IMG/VR virus record: IMGVR_UViG_3300003375_001426
Coordinates: 1 to 25,081 of that record
DNA: 25,081 nucleotides
DNA from: a virus
Lineage: Duplodnaviria > Caudoviricetes
Strand: one strand, 5' to 3'
A program made the position numbers and the translations under genes. The notes under the pieces were generated by a model that had not been told where the DNA came from, searched no databases, and saw only the letters and a program-made list of their open reading frames with translations. Numbering within the stretch: the first letter of the stretch is position 1; each line of letters starts with the position of its first letter. Positions 17,876-24,177 of this stretch are shown here, piece after piece.

Positions 17876-18148
17876 TTACTTCTTAGTTCCGCTATTTACA
17901 AAACCATAGAACTTTTCAGCGGCTTCCATGATTTTTTCCATTCCTGGAAATTCTGGCATAGTAACAGTACTTACTAATTCGCCTGTCTTTTCATCTTTCT
18001 TAGCAGAGATTTCCCAACCGTGAAACTTAGCGTGGTATTCCTCCATAACAGCATCCTTGGCAAGTGCTAGAATGTCTGAACGGATCTCATAGCCATTTTT
18101 TGATTGGTTGAACTTAACTTCTGGTAATTTTGGAGTTTCGAATGACAT
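17876..18148 (-). CDS. Small phage hypothetical protein
   Basis: AGGAG SD before ATG 18148. KNGYEIR..IL.LAK...P....I...AEKFY.FV pattern, as recalled from small myovirus proteins. Confidence 0.75.
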   Translation of the reverse strand: MSFETPKLPEVKFNQSKNGYEIRSDILALAKDAVMEEYHAKFHGWEISAKKDEKTGELVSTVTMPEFPGMEKIMEAAEKFYGFVNSGTKK

Positions 18149-18149
18149 A

Positions 18150-18368
18150 TTAAACTCCTGCTTTAGCGATTGCTTTAGCGTAGGCATCTTTGCTATATGT
18201 AGCAAATGCTTCTGCAATGCTCAAAGTTGTTTCAACTTGACCTTTGGCAAACTTAGTCTGTGCATCAACTAATTTTTCTAAATCTGTTTTTAATTTTGTG
18301 TCAGTAACGAATGTACTAACAAATTGCTTTTTACCATTCTGAATGGTATCGATGATTGTATTAAACAT
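18150..18368 (-). CDS. Small amphipathic helical protein, phasin-like (tentative)
   Basis: AAGGAG SD before ATG 18368; 72 aa, Ala/Lys/Thr-rich amphipathic helices (IDTIQNGKKQFV..FV...L...L..LVDAQT.FAK). Confidence 0.55.
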   Translation of the reverse strand: MFNTIIDTIQNGKKQFVSTFVTDTKLKTDLEKLVDAQTKFAKGQVETTLSIAEAFATYSKDAYAKAIAKAGV

Positions 18369-18403
18369 AGTAAATCTCCTTGTGTGTGTATGTTTGTGTT
18401 TCA

Positions 18404-18430
18404 ACGGTAACCTTACCGTCTAAGTATTTA
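18404..18430 (-). promoter_or_regulatory. Late promoter TAAATA with a 5' hairpin
   Basis: Minus-strand TAAATA 18425-18430, inverted repeat ACGGTAA-CC-TTACCGT 18404-18419, then a CA-rich tract before the SD. Confidence 0.55.
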
Positions 18431-18462
18431 TTATATATTAACAAAAACCCCTTGTAAAGTGA

Positions 18463-19014
18463 TTAGGCTAATAAAGTCCAGGGACGCAGAGCACGTTTGC
18501 TCAGAAAGTCGAGTACACCTAAATTCTGTGATCCTGCTTCATTAAAGTAAGTAGCTGCATCAGCAACTGGTAATTCAACATCAGCAAGGGTTTCTCCATA
18601 TTTTGTATGGATTTTAATACCGTGCTTTTGACATAGATGCTTAATAGCTTGGTTATGTGGCAAACATACCATAAACCCTTTTCTGTGTCCTTTGGTACGG
18701 CAGTGCTGTATTACACGCTTCATCAGTGCTTCGCCCATGCCCTGCCCTTGATAGCTATCTAGTACTGAGAATGCCATTTCCATTTCTTTAAATGCGGCAA
18801 CGTGCCCAACTGCTACAAATTCTAAGTTGGCATTTTCTATGGCAAATAGCACATGGTGCTGCGGATCTTGATCAATCTTATCGCACAATGCATCGATTAC
18901 ATCATCGCTAACGGGCGCACCAAATCTTAAAATACGACTAGCTTCGTCTAGGGCCTTTAGATGAGTACGATATTTTTTGTACTCAACAGGCAGAACTTTG
19001 CGTACAATGTACAC
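18463..19014 (-). CDS. GNAT family N-acetyltransferase
   Basis: GTG start overlaps the upstream TAG. HL..LD..SR.LRFG, EMAFSV...YQGQGMG..L (acetyl-CoA motif A) and CL..N.A...L..K.G. Confidence 0.88.
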   Translation of the reverse strand: MYIVRKVLPVEYKKYRTHLKALDEASRILRFGAPVSDDVIDALCDKIDQDPQHHVLFAIENANLEFVAVGHVAAFKEMEMAFSVLDSYQGQGMGEALMKRVIQHCRTKGHRKGFMVCLPHNQAIKHLCQKHGIKIHTKYGETLADVELPVADAATYFNEAGSQNLGVLDFLSKRALRPWTLLA

Positions 19015-19112
19015 TATATTCCCCAACCGCAGCCCGACTTCATTCTAGCTTTGGCCTCTTCCATACGAGCTTCTATCAAAGCATCCCATAGATCTTTTAA
19101 GAATTTTTTCAC
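19014..19112 (-). CDS. Tiny 32-aa helical protein (not in the ORF track)
   Basis: GAGG upstream, GTG start 1 nt after the previous stop. (M)KKFLKDLWDALIEARMEEAKARMKSGCGWGI; its stop overlaps the GNAT start. Confidence 0.6.
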   Translation of the reverse strand: MKKFLKDLWDALIEARMEEAKARMKSGCGWGI

Positions 19113-19113
19113 T

Positions 19114-19278
19114 TTATAGACCTCTAGCCCAAACAAACTGGCCGTCTTGGAATTCGCGAGTTAATTGCTCTACTTCGGCAAGATTCTGTGGGTTATGGCT
19201 AACAATATACGCTTCTAGTGAACTAGTAGCATCTTTTTCAAATAAATTAATAATCTTTTCAAATACATTTTTTGACAT
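19114..19278 (-). CDS. Small 54-aa protein, DUF3563-like (not in the ORF track)
   Basis: Strong SD AAGGAG. MSKNVFEKIINLFEKDATSSLEAYIVSHNPQNLAEVEQLTREFQDGQFVWARGL; EAY.....N.A.VE...REF resembles DUF3563. Confidence 0.65.
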   Translation of the reverse strand: MSKNVFEKIINLFEKDATSSLEAYIVSHNPQNLAEVEQLTREFQDGQFVWARGL

Positions 19279-19323
19279 CGTGTGTCTCCTTAAAATAGTG
19301 TCAACTCATGGTTTTCACTGATG

Positions 19324-19329
19324 TATTTA
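19324..19329 (-). promoter_or_regulatory. Putative late promoter TAAATA for the minus-strand mini-operon
   Basis: TATTTA on the plus strand, 45 nt upstream of ATG 19278. Confidence 0.55.
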
Positions 19330-19377
19330 TCACTATTGTTGCTGCACAACATTACAATGTGATTACATTCAAACCAG

Positions 19378-19416
19378 TTGATTTGCCAAATCAAACTGTG
19401 TATAATCAAATAAATA
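19378..19416 (+). promoter_or_regulatory. Sigma70-like promoter followed by a late box
   Basis: TTGATT (19378)-N17-TATAAT (19401-19406), then TAAATA 19411-19416. The -35 lies inside the palindrome TTGATTTG-C-CAAATCAA. Confidence 0.6.
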
Positions 19417-19435
19417 ACTCAACAAGAGAATTATT

Positions 19436-19687
19436 ATGCGTAAGAGCACTCGTAGTATCCTACAAGAATTAAGCGATATCGGCATTAGTCGAGATACGGA
19501 TCTCGTTGTTGAGAGCCGCGGATCCAACATCATCCAAAGTGCCATCAACCTTCTTGAAATGATCCGTGAAAACTACGATGTTGAAACTGCCGCTGAACTA
19601 GAGCGACGTTTTATCAATTCAATCAAAGCCAGCGATAGTAGCAAGTTTAAGCGTGGTATCAAGCGAATCCAGGAAAGCAAGGAATGA
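19436..19687 (+). CDS. Phage hypothetical protein
   Basis: 83-aa helical ORF with an ATGA overlap to the next gene. Confidence 0.75.
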   Translation: MRKSTRSILQELSDIGISRDTDLVVESRGSNIIQSAINLLEMIRENYDVETAAELERRFINSIKASDSSKFKRGIKRIQESKE

Positions 19688-20103
19688 GTTGGGGTTACCA
19701 TTTAATCCTAGACTGCGGTGGCTGTAACGAAAATATTAGCGATCCTAAAGTCATACGCGAAATGCTAGATACCTTAGTTAAACGTATTGATATGAAAGCA
19801 GTTGGCGAACCTATTATCAAGTTTCTCAAAGAAGGTGATCCGCACTTACAAGGCTACAGTTGCCTACAGCTAATCGAAACTAGCTCAATTACCATGCATC
19901 TAAATGATGCTCCCGAAAGCTCTGCTTACATTGATGTGTTTAGTTGTAAAGACTTTAAAGAATCTGATGCAGTTGCAGTAGTTAAGGAATTCTTCGCTCC
20001 TAGTGATATAAAAAGCCAGTTCTTGCATAGACAAGCTAAAAAAGCTGTTAAAGAAGGCACAACAGACTGGTTTCGATCTATATCCGCTAAATTAGGCGTT
20101 TGA
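19684..20103 (+). CDS. speD: S-adenosylmethionine decarboxylase proenzyme homolog (class 1b, pyruvoyl-dependent)
   Basis: WG.HLILD..GC, G.S..QLIETSSITMH (self-cleavage region) and YIDVFSCK.F. Confidence 0.8.
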   Translation: MSWGYHLILDCGGCNENISDPKVIREMLDTLVKRIDMKAVGEPIIKFLKEGDPHLQGYSCLQLIETSSITMHLNDAPESSAYIDVFSCKDFKESDAVAVVKEFFAPSDIKSQFLHRQAKKAVKEGTTDWFRSISAKLGV

Positions 20104-20125
20104 GCCCAATTTTTAGCCAAAATAC

Positions 20126-20204
20126 TAAATAATTATACACAGGTCTACAAGAAGTAGATCACTCGCAGAGTGCGAGTAGTATAGTCAATCGAGGAGATAT
20201 TAAA
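20126..20204 (+). promoter_or_regulatory. Late promoter with tandem 5'-UTR hairpins
   Basis: TAAATA 20126-20131, GGTCTAC-AAGAA-GTAGATC (20142-20160), ACTCGCA-GAG-TGCGAGT (20161-20177), then SD GAGGAG. Confidence 0.6.
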
Positions 20205-20600
20205 ATGACATTATACGCAGGTAATTTAGTAGGTCAAACAGGTTCAGACGGTACAACAGCAACTGGCGTTGCAGCTAACTATTTAAAAGCAGCAGCCCCA
20301 TTTACAAACTTTGGTACACGTCAATTACAAATTATTAACGTTGCTCAAACAGGTATTGATACAACACCTACAGTAGCAAATAGTTTGTTCAGCAAGACAG
20401 TTCGTGCGCTACAACAATCAGCTGAAGTCTATGCTGTTGGCACACCAACAAGTGGCAACTGCCAGTTTATCATTGCAGTTGATACATTGTGGGATGGTTC
20501 TACTAATGAAGCTCCATCTGATGCTTCATACACTAAGTTTGAAACAGCTATTTTAGCTGGTTCAGGCGTTGCAGCAACAGTTACAGCCGTAGCACTATAA
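20205..20600 (+). CDS. Probable abundant structural protein (Ala/Thr/Gly-rich)
   Basis: Monocistronic, with its own late promoter, a strong SD and a terminator. Confidence 0.7.
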   Translation: MTLYAGNLVGQTGSDGTTATGVAANYLKAAAPFTNFGTRQLQIINVAQTGIDTTPTVANSLFSKTVRALQQSAEVYAVGTPTSGNCQFIIAVDTLWDGSTNEAPSDASYTKFETAILAGSGVAATVTAVAL

Positions 20601-20622
20601 TTTCCAGGGATGGGAAACAATT

Positions 20623-20644
20623 AAGGACCTTCGGGTCCTTTTTT
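20623..20644 (+). terminator. Rho-independent terminator with a UUCG tetraloop
   Basis: AAGGACC-TTCG-GGTCCTT-TTTT. Confidence 0.9.
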
Positions 20645-20678
20645 GTTGGCCGCGATTATGTGATCAGTTAAATATCAT

Positions 20679-21080
20679 ATGGAATACAAGTTATACACAC
20701 TCGTTGATATTACCCACACTGGGCAGAATAGAACCGAACCAGGCAAAGAAAATCTGCGCTGGAAGGAACAAAATTTTCAAACTGTCTTACAGACCCTAGG
20801 CATTCGGGCTAATGTCAGTTATTCACAACCGCCCTCAATAGTTGAAGTCGGTGGGCACGTAGTTGGATTTGACACAGACGATATTATTAGAGTTTGGCGA
20901 TTTGATTTTTATACTGACCAAGACTTTTTGTACGAAAAGAATAGTGACCCAATCGGGCACTTAATTGAAGATTTTCATCTAGTTCCATACATAGCCGGGC
21001 TGGACGAAGCTATGACACAACAATATGCAGTGTTTAACACAGCCAACCCCGGAAAAAACATAGCCTTTTTTGCTAAATAA
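20679..21080 (+). CDS. Phage hypothetical protein
   Basis: TAAATA 20669-20674 lies 4 nt before the ATG, with no SD. TLVDIT.T...EQNFQT.LQ.LG.RAN...W.F.F...VP.I.GL.E. Confidence 0.75.
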   Translation: MEYKLYTLVDITHTGQNRTEPGKENLRWKEQNFQTVLQTLGIRANVSYSQPPSIVEVGGHVVGFDTDDIIRVWRFDFYTDQDFLYEKNSDPIGHLIEDFHLVPYIAGLDEAMTQQYAVFNTANPGKNIAFFAK

Positions 21081-21180
21081 TATCATAAGGCATAGTACAA
21101 TCAACAACTTAGGCAACTCAATTATACAATAGGCACATGACTCGGAGCGAGTCCCTGACTTATAACATTGGAGAGCCTAA
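21074..21180 (+). promoter_or_regulatory. Late promoter and ~100-nt structured leader (candidate cis-regulatory RNA)
   Basis: TAAATA 21074-21079, three AGGCA copies, long-range pairing 21109-21126/21161-21180 over the SD, and an internal GACTCG-GAG-CGAGTC hairpin. Confidence 0.55.
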
Positions 21181-21537
21181 ATGGCACAAACCGCAGCAGC
21201 GAAAAAACCCCGCACAAGCATAGAAGCTGTACCACAGCTTGCAACCTTACCTGAGCGTGTTGCTGTACTTGAAGTTAAGGTTAATAACATCGATGAAAAG
21301 ATGGACGATCTTAAACAAGATCTATGCGACAATCATAATAGTCTAATTGATACCCTTAAAGAAATGCGCGATACATCAGTTGCACAACACACTGATATGG
21401 CTAACAAAATCAAAGAATTAGAAGGTTTTAAAAACAAATGGGCAAAGTACGTCATGGTCGGTCTAGCATTTGCTGCAGGTGCTGGCTGGATTGGTAGCCC
21501 AAATTTTGCTAGTATTCTTAAGTTCCTAGGCCTCTAA
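21181..21537 (+). CDS. Coiled-coil protein with a C-terminal transmembrane helix (XhlA/holin-like, tentative)
   Basis: ERVAVLEVKVNNIDEKMDDLK heptads and a hydrophobic C-terminus WAKYVMVGLAFAAGAGWIG. Confidence 0.6.
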   Translation: MAQTAAAKKPRTSIEAVPQLATLPERVAVLEVKVNNIDEKMDDLKQDLCDNHNSLIDTLKEMRDTSVAQHTDMANKIKELEGFKNKWAKYVMVGLAFAAGAGWIGSPNFASILKFLGL

Positions 21538-21553
21538 TACTGTTAAATACAGT

Positions 21554-22252
21554 ATGAATTTTCAAGAACTATCTGTAGCCCCTATAACACATCATCAAGA
21601 GCTCAACCCAGCACTTTGGGATGATCATCAATTACGTTTAGAAGTACGTCACAAGCTATTAAAGATAGCCCGTCATTTTGCAGAATTCCTTAAAGTTCCC
21701 GATTTACGTTTAAAAGACATAACAATCAGTGGATCAAATGCTGGCTATAATTACTCAGAGTTCAGTGATATAGATCTACATTTAGTCGTAGCAGATGTAG
21801 AAGGTCGCGAAGAACTATACACTGCCAAAAAGAATCAATATAACTTTACCTACGACATCAAGCTCAACGGTGTTCCTGTTGAACTGTATGTACAAGATAG
21901 TAAACAAACACATCACTCAGCTGGTATATATTCCGTATTAAAAAATAAATGGATCAGCGAACCTAGCTCTGCTGCACCGTCAGTTAGTCCTCGAGATATT
22001 AAAAGTAAAGCCCGAAACTATGCTGGGCAGATCAATCAAGCCTTACGCAGCAATAGTTTAGAGAAATCTAAAGAAACTATGGAAGAACTGTACCGTCTAC
22101 GCAAAGCAGGCTTAGAAGCTGGTGGTGAAAATTCAGTAGAAAATCTAGCATTTAAATTGCTCAGAGCTCGTGGACAGATTGATAAATTACGTAAATACAT
22201 AACAAAATTAGAGAGTGCTGAATTAAGCCTCGGAGAACAAAATGAAGATTAA
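21554..22252 (+). CDS. Pol-beta superfamily nucleotidyltransferase
   Basis: ISGSNAGYNYSEFSDIDLHLV (hG[GS]...DhD) and a third acidic residue in VELYVQD. TAAATA 21544-21549 is 4 nt before the ATG. Confidence 0.8.
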   Translation: MNFQELSVAPITHHQELNPALWDDHQLRLEVRHKLLKIARHFAEFLKVPDLRLKDITISGSNAGYNYSEFSDIDLHLVVADVEGREELYTAKKNQYNFTYDIKLNGVPVELYVQDSKQTHHSAGIYSVLKNKWISEPSSAAPSVSPRDIKSKARNYAGQINQALRSNSLEKSKETMEELYRLRKAGLEAGGENSVENLAFKLLRARGQIDKLRKYITKLESAELSLGEQNED

Positions 22253-22979
22253 ACAAATTGTAGGCAAGTTAGCAGAAGACGGTGTGACCATTTCAGGAAT
22301 TAGTGGAGACAAAGCTAAATTATCAAATGGACAAGAAATTGATGCTAAAACCCTTGCACCTGATACAGAACACCCAGGACAGTACAAAGCTCCTGAAATG
22401 GATCCTACTGCCCTCAAACCGGGTGCAGTTGTAAACATGGGTGATGAACAACAGACCAGTGAAGAAGTTGATGAAGCAACAGGTTGGAATTCTATGAATC
22501 CAGAAGCTGCTGATCGTATGATGAGTGCCTACAATGATTTAGCACCACATATAGAAAAATATCAAGACGAAGCAGGTGCCGGCAAATTATTTAAAGAATT
22601 AACAGATATTGCTCATCACTTTAATGTTGTTCCTCAATTTAAGAGTTTAATCATGTCTGCAAAACACGGTGCACATCAAGACTATGATACAAACCCAGGT
22701 GATTTTAAAAATTGGTTTTGGTACGTGGGCGACATGCTAAAACACGTGGCCAAGGGTGACAGTGAAGAAGGCGGTATTGAAGTTGGCGAAACGCACCATG
22801 ATCTGATCAGCCAAGGCGATCATGATGTCGGCGGAGATGCTACTGACAGCTTTATCAGACAGATCAAAGACAAGGGTTTTGAACGTGCTAATCGCAATAG
22901 CCCTGCTCAAGGATCACGCAGTTCACTACCAGAAAGTGATGAACTAATGAAGTGGCTAACCATTGCAGGTATCAAATGA
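22242..22979 (+). CDS. Acidic phage hypothetical protein (probable head-internal protein)
   Basis: GGAG SD, N-terminus MKIKQIVGKLAE, C-terminus ELMKWLTIAGIK. Confidence 0.75.
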   Translation: MKIKQIVGKLAEDGVTISGISGDKAKLSNGQEIDAKTLAPDTEHPGQYKAPEMDPTALKPGAVVNMGDEQQTSEEVDEATGWNSMNPEAADRMMSAYNDLAPHIEKYQDEAGAGKLFKELTDIAHHFNVVPQFKSLIMSAKHGAHQDYDTNPGDFKNWFWYVGDMLKHVAKGDSEEGGIEVGETHHDLISQGDHDVGGDATDSFIRQIKDKGFERANRNSPAQGSRSSLPESDELMKWLTIAGIK

Positions 22980-23488
22980 AAACATTAAAAGAATATTTGT
23001 TTGAAGCTGAACAAGTTCAGCAATCGCAAGCTACTCCTGCAGAAACAGCATTCCACACAGTACTGTCCCCAGAACAACAACAAAAAATTAGCCAAGTGGT
23101 TGTACAAGATGAACATGGCAATTTAGATGCATCAGAAACACTTGTTAAAGGTGCTCAAGCATTCAGTGATGGCTTGCCAGATTTAGTAGCGGCATTTGAA
23201 AGATTATCGGCATTTATTGATAATGCTATGGCTACAAATTCGCCAGAATGGCAGCAACTGACTCCTGAGAAACAAGAGACTGTTAAAAAAGATAATGTTG
23301 ATCTTAAAGCTGAATTAATTAAATTAAAATCTAACATTCCAGATTTACAAAAACAATTGCAACCTAGTATTGATCAAGTACAGAATTTAAATCCTGACGA
23401 AAAAGCTAGGGTAAATGTTGCTAGTACTGAGCCAATTGCTGAAGATGCTGAGCTTACTCGTTGGTTAAAAATTGCTGGCATCAAATGA
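22976..23488 (+). CDS. Acidic phage hypothetical protein (probable head-internal protein)
   Basis: ATGA overlap, N-terminus MKTLKEYLFE, C-terminus ELTRWLKIAGIK. Confidence 0.75.
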   Translation: MKTLKEYLFEAEQVQQSQATPAETAFHTVLSPEQQQKISQVVVQDEHGNLDASETLVKGAQAFSDGLPDLVAAFERLSAFIDNAMATNSPEWQQLTPEKQETVKKDNVDLKAELIKLKSNIPDLQKQLQPSIDQVQNLNPDEKARVNVASTEPIAEDAELTRWLKIAGIK

Positions 23489-23691
23489 AAATCAACGAAT
23501 TAATTTCAGACTTTGAAATCTGGACCACTAACGAGGAGCGTGAGTTATTGAAAAAACTCACCAAACCTACTAAGATTGCCACTCTAAGTGAACATGATCA
23601 ATTCAGAGTTCAGGCTATGATCCGCAAGAATTTGCTAATTAAAGTGGGACATGAAAATCCCAGCGTAATTGCAAATGAAAAAGACAAATAA
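23485..23691 (+). CDS. Small phage hypothetical protein (possible winged-helix-like)
   Basis: ATGA overlap; MKINELI...TNEE..LL.KL.......LSE.DQ.....MIRKNLL.KV. Confidence 0.7.
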   Translation: MKINELISDFEIWTTNEERELLKKLTKPTKIATLSEHDQFRVQAMIRKNLLIKVGHENPSVIANEKDK

Positions 23692-24145
23692 ACCTAAAAC
23701 CCCACCTAAATCCAAAGCACGAGTAGTCAAGGAATTGGCCACTCACTTTGAAGAAGATCTTAAAAAATCGTTGCCTATTAGCATACAGCCTAATGGCAAC
23801 ATAGTTTACAAAGACTATTATATCAAGAAAAATACACTAGACAACTGGGCGGTGTACAATATCAACAGTCACGATCTTGTGGAACAGTTCTTTCTCAAAA
23901 CCTGTGCAATTATGGCCGCGCAAGCATATAATAACACAAACCTAGAAAAGTTTTTTAAAATCAAACATTTAGATAATAAATATTGGGCAAACTACAGTGA
24001 TAGTCTAGTTTACCGCAATAATATTAAAACTGCTAAAGAATTTGATAAATTTCAAGTATTGTTAAATAAATTAGAACACAGCGAACAACTAGCTGAACAT
24101 TTTAAGGAAGAGATTTCCAAGATGTTTAAATGGTCGTTTGTATAA
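23675..24145 (+). CDS. Phage hypothetical protein
   Basis: ATG 23675 overlaps the previous gene; 156 aa. Confidence 0.7.
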   Translation: MKKTNKPKTPPKSKARVVKELATHFEEDLKKSLPISIQPNGNIVYKDYYIKKNTLDNWAVYNINSHDLVEQFFLKTCAIMAAQAYNNTNLEKFFKIKHLDNKYWANYSDSLVYRNNIKTAKEFDKFQVLLNKLEHSEQLAEHFKEEISKMFKWSFV

Positions 24146-24148
24146 ATA
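24141..24148 (+). promoter_or_regulatory. Late promoter, perfect T4 consensus TATAAATA
   Basis: Exact TATAAATA upstream of SD AGGGA and ATG 24178. Confidence 0.7.
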
Positions 24149-24177
24149 AATGATAGAAACGCTTTAGGGAAACCATC

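Noticed and set aside
19378-19394. FNR box (TTGAT...ATCAA)
   Set aside because: The spacer is 7 nt rather than the canonical 4, so it is kept only as an unassigned palindrome.
63-23337. Many short ORFs in the track that lie antisense or out-of-frame within long genes (e.g. 541-864, 3641-4042, 11470-11877, 12230-12520, 16787-17152)
   Set aside because: They are shadow ORFs of biased codon usage, fully nested in well-supported genes, with no SD, promoter or recognisable motifs.
320-23674. Upstream-extended starts given by the ORF track (320, 3390, 6717, 9608, 18217, 18404, 19026, 22952, 23461, 23669)
   Set aside because: Downstream starts fit better by SD position, stop/start coupling and N-terminal motif.
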